Source: Dubosiella newyorkensis
GTDB lineage: Bacteria; Bacillota_I; Bacilli_A; Erysipelotrichales; Erysipelotrichaceae
Assembly: GCF_001945605.1 (NCBI RefSeq)
Contig: NZ_MPKA01000058.1
Coordinates: 30,001 to 62,000, forward strand
DNA length: 32,000 nt
Direction of reading: 5' to 3'
Shown: piece after piece, positions 15,191 to 23,201 of the stretch
Layout of the letters: the number at the start of each line of letters is the position of its first letter
Position numbering within the stretch: the first letter of the stretch is position 1
The notes under the pieces: model-generated
What the model saw: the letters and a program-made list of their open reading frames with translations, nothing else
Databases searched by the model: none
Told to the model about the DNA's origin: nothing
Made by a program: the position numbers and the translations under genes

Positions 15191-16503
15191 AACCCCAGCT
15201 CCTTTTTGATCGCGGTGCGACTTGGAAGAAGCGCTGTATAGGTCGCGATCACGTAGAGTTTATCGTGATCATTTCCAATTTCTTGGAGCGCTTCTTCGAT
15301 GGTTTCTTTCGTTTCGAGCACACCTTGATACCCTCCATAATATAAACGGAGCGCCATATCGGTTCCTCTCGTTCCGGTTGTGACGATCTTTTTTGTATTT
15401 TTGCTCATGAGCTTTTCAAAATACGTATCATAGATCCAACTAATATCGATACCATCTTGTTCTTTATCATTGAGCACGATGACGATTAAACGATCCGCAG
15501 GATCGTGTTCGATCACCTTCATGACTTCATTGGCTCCTGTAGGATTCTTGATCAAGTTTAAAACGACTTCTCGACCATCTTTGATAAATTTCTCGTTTCT
15601 TCCTTTTGGCTGCGGAGCGTTAGCGAATACTTGACGCACAACATCAAACCCGATACAAAAGACTTCCGCCACCGCAATGATCGCCGCACAATTATACATC
15701 GAATACATGCCTTGATAAGGATCCTTGAACTTTTCTTGATGAAAGTAAAAAGTGTGATCTTCTAGATCGATATCATGAAGTTCTACATTCAAGATCGGTG
15801 TTCTAAAATGACATTTCGCACAATGGAACGATCCAATATGCGAATATTGATAATAAGAATATTCAAGACGATTCCCACAAACAGGACAAAATTTACCTTC
15901 GCTTGCTTCATTGGTCGTCTCTTGCGAATATTTGTTTCGGCCTAAACCAAAATAGACGACATTGGCTTTTGGAGCTTTGAGCGCTAAACGCACGACGTTT
16001 GGATCATTCCCGTTCAAGATGAGCGTTTGGTCATAATTCGGAAGCACCTTTTCTATGCTTTCGATCAATTGCTCCATTTCTCGCGCACGGTCGAGCTGGT
16101 CGCGAAAGAAATTATTGACGACAAAAGCACTCACAGGAAGATTAGGCAAAATATATTTCACATTCAGCTCATCAACTTCAAGAACGACAACATCTGCCTG
16201 GACAACCCCCTGCAAGTTGGCGTTCGCTAATAATGTGGTCGCGATCCCTTCTCGTAAATTATCTCCTCTTCGATTGGATACGACCTTCTTTCCAGCGCGT
16301 TCAAAAAGATCCGCGATCATATTGGCAGTGCTCGTTTTTCCATTCGTCCCTGTCACAACGATGACAGGCCCTTTAAAAGTTAGTTTTTTGAATATATCTG
16401 GATCGAACTTCAAGCCAAGCTGACCAGGAAGAGAGCCACCTCGACCGATCTTTTGCAAAAGATAGGCGCTTGACTTCGTTGTTAAAATCGATAAAAATCG
16501 CAT
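15187..16503 (-). CDS. murT: lipid II isoglutaminyl synthase, Mur-ligase-like subunit MurT
   Basis: Mur ligase P-loop VTGTNGKTST. Cys4 ribbon CPVCG...CAKC. RBS AGGAG before ATG 16503. Confidence 0.88.
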   Translation of the reverse strand: MRFLSILTTKSSAYLLQKIGRGGSLPGQLGLKFDPDIFKKLTFKGPVIVVTGTNGKTSTANMIADLFERAGKKVVSNRRGDNLREGIATTLLANANLQGVVQADVVVLEVDELNVKYILPNLPVSAFVVNNFFRDQLDRAREMEQLIESIEKVLPNYDQTLILNGNDPNVVRLALKAPKANVVYFGLGRNKYSQETTNEASEGKFCPVCGNRLEYSYYQYSHIGSFHCAKCHFRTPILNVELHDIDLEDHTFYFHQEKFKDPYQGMYSMYNCAAIIAVAEVFCIGFDVVRQVFANAPQPKGRNEKFIKDGREVVLNLIKNPTGANEVMKVIEHDPADRLIVIVLNDKEQDGIDISWIYDTYFEKLMSKNTKKIVTTGTRGTDMALRLYYGGYQGVLETKETIEEALQEIGNDHDKLYVIATYTALLPSRTAIKKELGL

Positions 16504-16559
16504 ATCGAACTCCTTTCATCTGAAAAATTATACCACAAACTGCTTCTTCAAAAGACAAA

Positions 16560-16589
16560 TTGCGTTTTTTACAACAATTCGGGTATAAT
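16560..16589 (+). promoter_or_regulatory. sigma-A-like promoter of purC (TTGCGT-18-TATAAT)
   Basis: -35 at 16560-16565 and -10 at 16584-16589. The track's start at 16588 sits inside the -10 box. Confidence 0.55.
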
Positions 16590-16617
16590 GTCAAAGAAAG
16601 AAAATGGAGGAAAATCA

Positions 16618-17331
16618 ATGGAACAACTGGATATGATCTATGAAGGAAAAGCGAAAAAAGTCTACGCGACAGACGATGCGAATGTCGTGATCGTAGACTA
16701 TAAAGACGATGCGACAGCCTTCAATGGTCTAAAAAAAGGAACGATCGTCGGTAAAGGAGCTATCAACAACCGCATGAGCAATTTCTTGATGAAAAAGCTC
16801 GAAGAAGCGGGCATTCCAACGCATTTAATCTCAGAAATCGATACGAATAAAACGTATGTGAAAAAAGTAGATATCATCCCTCTTGAAGTGATCATCCGCA
16901 ACAAAGCGGCTGGATCATTCTCGAAACGCCTTGGGATCCAAGAAGGAACCCCACTCAAGTGCTCGACGCTCGAATTCTCTTATAAAGATGATGAACTTGG
17001 TGATCCTCTCATCAATGATTATATGGCGATCGCGATCGGCGCGGCAACAAAAGAGGAGATCGACACGATCTCAAAATACGCGTTTCAGATCAACGATTAT
17101 CTCAAAGCGTTCTTTAAAGAAATCGGCATCGAGCTGATCGACTTTAAATTGGAGTTTGGAAAAACAAGCGATGGAACAATCGTGCTTGCCGACGAGATCT
17201 CGCCAGACACTTGCCGCTATTGGGATATCGAAACAGGAGAACATCTCGATAAAGACCGTTTCCGCAGAGATCTAGGCGATCCTGAAGGCGCTTATAAAGA
17301 AGTATTCAAAAGACTAGGATTTGGAGAATAA
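16618..17331 (+). CDS. purC: SAICAR synthetase
   Basis: ATG 16618 has GGAGG 7 nt upstream. Motifs: YEGKAKKVY and LADEISPDTCRYWD. Confidence 0.93.
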   Translation: MEQLDMIYEGKAKKVYATDDANVVIVDYKDDATAFNGLKKGTIVGKGAINNRMSNFLMKKLEEAGIPTHLISEIDTNKTYVKKVDIIPLEVIIRNKAAGSFSKRLGIQEGTPLKCSTLEFSYKDDELGDPLINDYMAIAIGAATKEEIDTISKYAFQINDYLKAFFKEIGIELIDFKLEFGKTSDGTIVLADEISPDTCRYWDIETGEHLDKDRFRRDLGDPEGAYKEVFKRLGFGE

Positions 17332-17332
17332 C

Positions 17333-18769
17333 ATGAGCGATACATCCATTTATATTTCACCTCTTTCCCAACGCTACGCCTCAAAAGAAATGAAAGAGTT
17401 GTTTTCCAACGATAAAAAATTCAAAACATGGAGACGGCTTTGGATCGCTCTAGCCCAAGCCGAACAAGAACTAGGACTCGATATCAGCGATGAACAGATC
17501 CAAGAACTTATCGATCACAAAGACGATATCAACTATGAAGTGGCTCAAGAAAGAGAAAAGATCGTCCGCCATGACGTGATGTCCCATGTCTATGCCTATG
17601 GCGTTCAAGCCCCAAAAGCAAAGGGAATCATCCATTTAGGCGCGACAAGCTGCTATGTTGGAGACAATACCGATTTGATCATCATGCATGAAGGTCTAGA
17701 GCTGATCAAGAAAAAACTCGTCAATGTCTTGGCGGCCCTTGAACATTTCGCTCTCGAATACAAAGACCTGCCTTGCTTAGCCTTTACCCACTTTCAGCCA
17801 GCGCAACCAACAACAGTCGGCAAACGAGCGGCTCTTTGGGCGCAGGACCTATTGATGGATTATGAAGAAATCGAGTATTTATTGTCCCATAAACGTCTAT
17901 TAGGACAAAAAGGAACGACTGGGACCCAAGCTAGTTTTATGGAGCTTTTTGATGGAGACGCATCCAAAGCCAAAGAGATCGATCGCATCATTTGCGATAA
18001 GCTCGGATATAAAGACTACTTCCCTGTATCTGGACAAACTTATACTCGGAAATACGATACCCGTGTTCTACAAGCGTTAGTGGGAATTGCCCAAAGCGCT
18101 CATAAATTCAGCAATGATATTCGTCTTCTCCAGCATATGAAGGAGATCGAAGAACCTTTCGAAAAAGGACAGATCGGATCTTCGGCCATGGCGTATAAAC
18201 GCAATCCAATGCGTTCGGAACGAATGGCTGCGTTGGCCAACTATGTGATCTGCGACGCGATGAATCCGGCTTTGACCGCTAGCACGCAATGGTTCGAGAG
18301 AACGTTGGATGATTCAGCAAACAAGCGGATCAGTATCCCGGAAGCTTTTTTAGCGATCGATGGAATACTCGACCTTTATTTAAATATTACAGATGGACTT
18401 GTCGTCTATCCAAAAGTGATCGAATCCGACCTATTGAAAGAACTTCCTTTCATGGCAACAGAAAATATCATGATGGACGCCGTCAAGGCAGGAGGCGATC
18501 GTCAAGAACTGCATGAAGCGATCCGCGAGCATTCTATGGAAGCCGCTAAACGGATCAAGCAAGAAGGTAAAGAAAACGACTTGATCGATCGGATCGCGAA
18601 CGATCCACGTTTCATGATGAGCAAAGAAGAGATCATGAAGATCATGGAACCTAAAAACTTCGTTGGAAGAGCGCCGCAACAAACAAAAGAATTCTTTAAA
18701 GACTATATCGATCCAGTCCTTGAAGCCAATCGTGACGATCTAGGCTTGCAGGCAGAAATCAATATTTAA
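17333..18769 (+). CDS. purB: adenylosuccinate lyase
   Basis: ATG 17333 has GGAG 6 nt upstream. N-terminal PLSQRYASKEM. Fumarate-lyase signature GSSAMAYKRNP. Confidence 0.93.
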   Translation: MSDTSIYISPLSQRYASKEMKELFSNDKKFKTWRRLWIALAQAEQELGLDISDEQIQELIDHKDDINYEVAQEREKIVRHDVMSHVYAYGVQAPKAKGIIHLGATSCYVGDNTDLIIMHEGLELIKKKLVNVLAALEHFALEYKDLPCLAFTHFQPAQPTTVGKRAALWAQDLLMDYEEIEYLLSHKRLLGQKGTTGTQASFMELFDGDASKAKEIDRIICDKLGYKDYFPVSGQTYTRKYDTRVLQALVGIAQSAHKFSNDIRLLQHMKEIEEPFEKGQIGSSAMAYKRNPMRSERMAALANYVICDAMNPALTASTQWFERTLDDSANKRISIPEAFLAIDGILDLYLNITDGLVVYPKVIESDLLKELPFMATENIMMDAVKAGGDRQELHEAIREHSMEAAKRIKQEGKENDLIDRIANDPRFMMSKEEIMKIMEPKNFVGRAPQQTKEFFKDYIDPVLEANRDDLGLQAEINI

Positions 18770-18788
18770 TCGTTTTTAAAGAAACAGT

Positions 18789-18817
18789 TTGACAGAATGG
18801 AAAAAAGGCCATAAAAT
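18789..18817 (+). promoter_or_regulatory. near-consensus sigma-A promoter (TTGACA-17-TAAAAT) with no ORF behind it
   Basis: -35 at 18789-18794 and -10 at 18812-18817. Confidence 0.5.
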
Positions 18818-18821
18818 TGAA

Positions 18822-18914
18822 TTGTAAATACAAGATGTATTTACAATGATTTACGGCTTTACCTACAAAAGAATGAAATAAAAAGAAGGATTCAGCCGTA
18901 TTCCTTCTTTTTTT
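18822..18914 (+). ncRNA. candidate ~90-nt small RNA (or a purB 3'-UTR element)
   Basis: Perfect 10-bp hairpin TTGTAAATAC-aagat-GTATTTACAA at 18822-18846, next to the predicted TSS. It ends at the 18883-18914 terminator. The longest ORF is 11 aa and has no SD. Confidence 0.3.
18883..18914. terminator. bidirectional rho-independent terminator
   Basis: Stem AAGAAGGA, 11-nt loop, stem TCCTTCTT. An A-run lies upstream and T7 downstream. Confidence 0.75.
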
Positions 18915-19031
18915 ACAAATTTTTGCCTTGCGTGGATAAATGTAAAGCGAAAGAAATTATAGTGGAATAAACCCCCTATTCTACATAAATTTCTCGTATT
19001 CAAAATACATCTTTACATTTATTATTTGTGT

Positions 19032-19058
19032 GCGGTATCATTCGATACCGCTTTTTTT
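19032..19058 (+). terminator. plus-strand intrinsic terminator overlapping the larB stop codon
   Basis: Stem GCGGTATC, loop attc, stem GATACCGC, then T7 on the plus strand only. On the minus strand the hairpin is followed by ACACAAAT. Confidence 0.6.
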
Positions 19059-19715
19059 ATTGGCAAGCGAATTGATCGAATGAGCCATATAGCCGCCACC
19101 AAATCCATTATCGATATTCACGACGCTCACTCCATTCGAACAAGAATTCAACATTGACAAAAGGGCGGACAAACCATGAAAATTAGCGCCGTAGCCCACA
19201 GAAGTAGGAACCGCGATGATCGGAGCCTCCACTAAACCTCCAATAACGCTCGCCAAAGCCCCTTCCATACCCGCGACCACAACTAAAACATTCGCATGCC
19301 GGATTTGATCGAGCTTTGAAAATAGACGATGGATCCCAGCCACGCCCACATCAGAGATCAAATCGACATCATTGCCTAGAAAACGGGCAATATCGACCGC
19401 CTCCATAGCTACTGGCAAATCGGAAGTGCCTGCGCACACGACAACGATTTTGCCTGAGTTGATCAAAGTCTCGTCTTCTTTCCAGTAAAACGTTTTAGAT
19501 AATTCGTTATATGTAAATTTAGGAAATATATTCTTTAAAACATTCGCTTTTTCTTGTGAAACTCTCGATATAAAGATCTCCTTTTGATCATGTTGAAACA
19601 TATCATCAATGATGTGCTCGATCTGTTCCACATTTTTTCCTTCTCCATAAATAATTTCTGAAACACCTGTTCTTTTTTGGCGCTCATAATCGATCATAAA
19701 TTCATCCACGATCAT
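19038..19715 (-). CDS. larB: nickel-pincer cofactor biosynthesis protein LarB (PurE-like NaAD carboxylase/hydrolase)
   Basis: Motifs: RTGVSEIIYGEGK, GTSDLPVA.EA, DVGVAGIHRL, AGMEGALASV, VPTSVGYG, NIDNGFG. The exact start is uncertain: ATG 19715, GTG 19709 or ATG 19697. Confidence 0.8.
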   Translation of the reverse strand: MIVDEFMIDYERQKRTGVSEIIYGEGKNVEQIEHIIDDMFQHDQKEIFISRVSQEKANVLKNIFPKFTYNELSKTFYWKEDETLINSGKIVVVCAGTSDLPVAMEAVDIARFLGNDVDLISDVGVAGIHRLFSKLDQIRHANVLVVVAGMEGALASVIGGLVEAPIIAVPTSVGYGANFHGLSALLSMLNSCSNGVSVVNIDNGFGGGYMAHSINSLANKKSGIE

Positions 19716-20475
19716 ATCCTCCTTTTTTGAGTCCTTCTAAGTCAAAGGTCACATATCGGTATCCTAGCGCTTTGATTGCTTGGATCAATTTGGGTTCCAT
19801 AATCACTCTCTCTATATTCTTTAGATCAGTTTCGATTCGAGCAAGCTCTCCATGATCGCGCAAACGAACATCCTCGATCCCGGCTTGATGTAGAAGATCC
19901 TCTCCAGATTCGACTTTTTTTAATAAAGCAGGATCAAGAAGACGTTCATAGTCGAATCGAGAAGCAAGACAAGCGTTGGCTGGACGAGACGCGGAAGTTA
20001 AACCATACTGCTTAGAATATGAACGGATCTCTTTTTTGCTCAACCTTGACAAAGGAGAGACGATTCCTAATTCTTGGCATGCTTTTTGTCCAGGACGAAA
20101 TTCTTTTTGATCATCTTGATTTTGACCATCTAAAACGACAAAAAAACCTCGCTTTTCACTTTCTTCTAGAACGGCTGCCATGATTTTCTTTTTACACGAA
20201 TAACAACGATCTCGAGTATTGTGTTGAAAATCAGGGATGGAAAATACATCCATATCTAAGACCAAATGATCTTGCGCTTTCATTTGGTCTAGCGCGCATT
20301 CCTGATCTCGATTGGGAACCATACAACCTTTTACAAAGATAGGTAAAACGTTTTCCTTACCTAACACCTCATTACAGATCGCTAAAAGAAAGTTTGAATC
20401 GCATCCGCCACTATACGCGATCGCAACCTTTTTATAGGCTGCGATCGATTGTTTTAATTCATCAAGTTGATTCAT
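19702..20475 (-). CDS. larE: LarE-type ATP-dependent sulfur transferase (PP-loop ATP pyrophosphatase)
   Basis: PP-loop AYSGGCDS. It has ANACLASRF, the position of the sacrificial Cys in Lactiplantibacillus LarE, plus CYSC at residues 91-94. It overlaps larB by 14 nt. Confidence 0.8.
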   Translation of the reverse strand: MNQLDELKQSIAAYKKVAIAYSGGCDSNFLLAICNEVLGKENVLPIFVKGCMVPNRDQECALDQMKAQDHLVLDMDVFSIPDFQHNTRDRCYSCKKKIMAAVLEESEKRGFFVVLDGQNQDDQKEFRPGQKACQELGIVSPLSRLSKKEIRSYSKQYGLTSASRPANACLASRFDYERLLDPALLKKVESGEDLLHQAGIEDVRLRDHGELARIETDLKNIERVIMEPKLIQAIKALGYRYVTFDLEGLKKGGYDRG

Positions 20476-21383
20476 TGAAGTCCTCCATTTTGAAATCCTT
20501 GGTAAAAAAGCTCGATCGTATCCGCCATTCTAGACCCGGGAAGCACATTTTCCAATGAAACCGGCACAAAACGATTTTGTTGCACCGCCTCGAGCTGTGA
20601 TAGAGCGGGATCCGATTTGATCGTTTCGATCTTCTCTTCCAAAGAAGGGACGTCGTAATCATGGATCACGATCACATCCACATCTCGATGCAGAATTTCT
20701 TCTGGACTGATCGTGATCCAAGCTCGATCTTGAAGATCATGAAAAATATTTCGTCCACCAGCTTTTTCGATGAGTCGTGATTCAAAATTCGAGCCACTCG
20801 CGCTTTTTACTCCTCCAGCTTCGCTATCGTAGACAAGAACGTTCATAGGTTCCTTATTTTTTAGTTGATCCTCGATTTTTTGGATCCGATCCTTTTGATC
20901 TTGGATTAGAGCATCGGCTTTTTCCTCGATTTGAAATCGTTTCCCTAATTCTTCGATTTCCTCAAACTCTTCTTCGATTGTTTGTGCATCATTGATCATC
21001 GCCTTGATCCCAAATTGCTCCAACTCATCGAGTCGGATCCCTTCTTCTCCAAATTCCCAATCGATCCCATATATAAAATCCGCCCCACTGCCCATGACCG
21101 CTTCTCGAGTCGCACTTCCATACGTCAGCTGCGGAATCGAAGCATACTCTTCTTTATAACGTTCTAAGGGACCTCGAGAATGATTGTTTAAAGTCGAGCC
21201 AATGACACGATCCTGTAATCCTAATGCACAAAATAGCTCTGTACAATTCGGACCAAAAGTTAAAACGCGCTCTGGGATCGAGGATACGTCTTGATTTTGA
21301 ACTGGAGAAGGCGCACATCCTGTGATCAATAAACCGAACACAACACTAAATTTTGTAAATTTACTCTTTAATCTCAAATTCAT
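20472..21383 (-). CDS. ABC transporter substrate-binding lipoprotein (class III, FhuD/BtuF/CeuE-like)
   Basis: Lipobox LITGC. About 300 aa, matching the periplasmic binding protein family that pairs with FecCD permeases. ATGA overlaps occur on both sides. Confidence 0.7.
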   Translation of the reverse strand: MNLRLKSKFTKFSVVFGLLITGCAPSPVQNQDVSSIPERVLTFGPNCTELFCALGLQDRVIGSTLNNHSRGPLERYKEEYASIPQLTYGSATREAVMGSGADFIYGIDWEFGEEGIRLDELEQFGIKAMINDAQTIEEEFEEIEELGKRFQIEEKADALIQDQKDRIQKIEDQLKNKEPMNVLVYDSEAGGVKSASGSNFESRLIEKAGGRNIFHDLQDRAWITISPEEILHRDVDVIVIHDYDVPSLEEKIETIKSDPALSQLEAVQQNRFVPVSLENVLPGSRMADTIELFYQGFQNGGLQ

Positions 21384-22147
21384 ACATTCTCTCTTTCTTC
21401 TAAATAGATCACAGCTGGTTTTTTTGTTTGCGGATGAGGAACGATCAAACTCGGAACATGAAAGATCTTTTGGATCATTTCTTGTGTGATCACCTCTTCC
21501 ACGCTTCCTTCTTGTATGATCTTCCCTTCGTTCATCACATACAATCGATCACAATACATGCTCGCAATATTCAAGTCATGGATCGCCGCGATTACTGTCT
21601 TGCCTAACGACTTGACAAGCTGAAAGACTTGGATCTGATAATAGATATCTAAATGATTGGTCGGTTCGTCAAGAAGAAGGATCGGAGTATCTTGGGCAAT
21701 CGCCCTTGCTAATAAAACACGCTGTTTCTCCCCACCAGAAAGAGCGGAAAAGCTTTTTTCACACAAGGACTCGATCCCAACTTGCTTGAGAGCGAATTCA
21801 ATTTTGGCATTTCGAACTGGATCGTGCGAGCTTTCTCGATATGGAGTTCGTCCCATTTCGACCATCTCGTACACTGTATAATCGTAGGCGCATTCGTGAT
21901 GCTGGCTCAAAACGCCCATCAAGAGGGCCGACTCTCGGTATGAATATGTAGAAAGCTCTTTTTGCGCCAACACGATCGACCCTTCATCTGGTTCCAGTTC
22001 CCGATATAGGTTTTTTAAAAAAGTCGACTTTCCAGAACCATTTGGGCCGATCAAACCTATGAATTCACCTGAGCGGATCGTAATTGAAAGTTTTTTTAAT
22101 CCATGTCCGCATGGATAGGTATAATCTAGATTCTTGACTTCGATCAT
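21380..22147 (-). CDS. ABC transporter ATP-binding protein (FecE/FhuC-like)
   Basis: Walker A GPNGSGKST, signature LSGGEKQR, Walker B LLLDEPT, H-loop AIHD. Confidence 0.9.
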   Translation of the reverse strand: MIEVKNLDYTYPCGHGLKKLSITIRSGEFIGLIGPNGSGKSTFLKNLYRELEPDEGSIVLAQKELSTYSYRESALLMGVLSQHHECAYDYTVYEMVEMGRTPYRESSHDPVRNAKIEFALKQVGIESLCEKSFSALSGGEKQRVLLARAIAQDTPILLLDEPTNHLDIYYQIQVFQLVKSLGKTVIAAIHDLNIASMYCDRLYVMNEGKIIQEGSVEEVITQEMIQKIFHVPSLIVPHPQTKKPAVIYLEERENV

Positions 22148-23127
22148 TTGCTCCTCCGTTTTTTATGCTTAAGCATACCAATGAAGATGGGTCCTCCAAT
22201 GATCGCTGTCAACACGCCGATCGGCACTTCTTCCGGAGCGAATAGACAACGAGCCAGTACATCGGTCCAAATAACCAAGATCGCTCCGATTAAAGCCGAA
22301 AACGGGAGTACATATTGATGTTTCGAGCCAACAAGCATTCGCGCAAAATGAGGGCACATCAATCCAACAAAGCCGATCGTGCCACTCAACGCGACACTCA
22401 CCCCAGCTAATAAAGAGGCGATCACGATCAAAACGATCTGCATTTTCTTGACCGAGACACCAAGCGTTTTCGCTTGCGCTTCTCCCAAACTCATCAAATC
22501 AAGCTGACGATGAAATAAATATAAAAGCAGCATACAACCCATCAAAACGACCAAAGGCAGCCCTAAGTAATCCCATCTTGCGCCTGTTAGCGATCCAGAC
22601 AACCAAAAAGTTGCGTTATGGAGTCCAAGTGCATTCGGAGCAAGCAGCGTGATCAAACGAGTCAACCCATCCATGATCATCGAGACCGCTACACCAGAAA
22701 GAAGAAGAGTCGATATTTGAACAGTCCCTTTGGATACGCTAATTGAAAATACGAGCAAGATCGCAGACATCGCTCCCATAAAGGCGCTCAGCGGCAAACG
22801 GAAGACCCCTAAAAAAGCGAAGACGTCAAAAAGAAGATCCAAAGTCGCAAAAGCGCCCGCTCCTGAGGAAATCCCTAATAAGAACGGATCGGCGAGTTCG
22901 TTTCGTACCAAAACTTGCATAACGACTCCGCAAACCGATAAAGAAGCGCCTATAAGCGCTCCTAGCAGAACTCGAGGAATCCGAAGCATGAAGATCAGAT
23001 CATTGCTAGCTGGATGCAAGATGGATCTTAAAATATCTTGAAAGGAATATAGACTTGCGCCTAAGCACGGAGCGATCCATATAGAAGCCATACAAAGAAC
23101 AAGAAGCAAGATTCCTCTTTTTTTCAT
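22144..23127 (-). CDS. ABC transporter permease, FecCD/BtuC family (type II importer)
   Basis: About 10 hydrophobic segments and a FecCD-typical G-rich C-terminal half. ATG 23127 has AAGGAG 7 nt upstream. The track start at 23157 lies inside the ppk1 terminator hairpin. Confidence 0.85.
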   Translation of the reverse strand: MKKRGILLLVLCMASIWIAPCLGASLYSFQDILRSILHPASNDLIFMLRIPRVLLGALIGASLSVCGVVMQVLVRNELADPFLLGISSGAGAFATLDLLFDVFAFLGVFRLPLSAFMGAMSAILLVFSISVSKGTVQISTLLLSGVAVSMIMDGLTRLITLLAPNALGLHNATFWLSGSLTGARWDYLGLPLVVLMGCMLLLYLFHRQLDLMSLGEAQAKTLGVSVKKMQIVLIVIASLLAGVSVALSGTIGFVGLMCPHFARMLVGSKHQYVLPFSALIGAILVIWTDVLARCLFAPEEVPIGVLTAIIGGPIFIGMLKHKKRRSK

Positions 23128-23140
23128 AATTCTTCTCCTT

Positions 23141-23168
23141 AAAAAAAGAGTGATCATACACTCTTTTT
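23141..23168 (-). terminator. rho-independent terminator of ppk1, abutting the permease RBS
   Basis: Minus strand: stem AGAGTG, loop tatgat, stem CACTCT, then T7. Confidence 0.7.
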
Positions 23169-23201
23169 AAATCTTATCATTAAAGTATAGTCTAGTGACA
23201 A

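Noticed and set aside
16504-16617. I looked for a purine riboswitch or PurR box upstream of purC, and a cobalamin, NiCo or other riboswitch upstream of the ABC-lar operon (23128-23201).
   Set aside because: The spacers are too short (114 and 74 nt). I could not see the conserved riboswitch cores or a convincing PurBox. Only promoter and terminator elements are present.
16618-19715. purC-purB sits next to larB (a PurE paralogue), which might indicate a non-canonical purine or CAIR pathway.
   Set aside because: The two units are convergent and separated by terminators. LarB motifs match the NPN-cofactor enzyme and the gene is coupled to larE. The adjacency is most simply coincidence.
3860-23157. 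Longer N-termini are proposed by the ORF track at 708, 3860, 6784, 9528, 11901, 14432, 16588, 17321, 23157 and 25543.
   Set aside because: The alternative upstream starts are non-ATG, or overlap -10 boxes or terminator hairpins, or lack an SD. In-frame ATGs with good RBS spacing and family-typical N-termini lie downstream, so the coordinates were trimmed.
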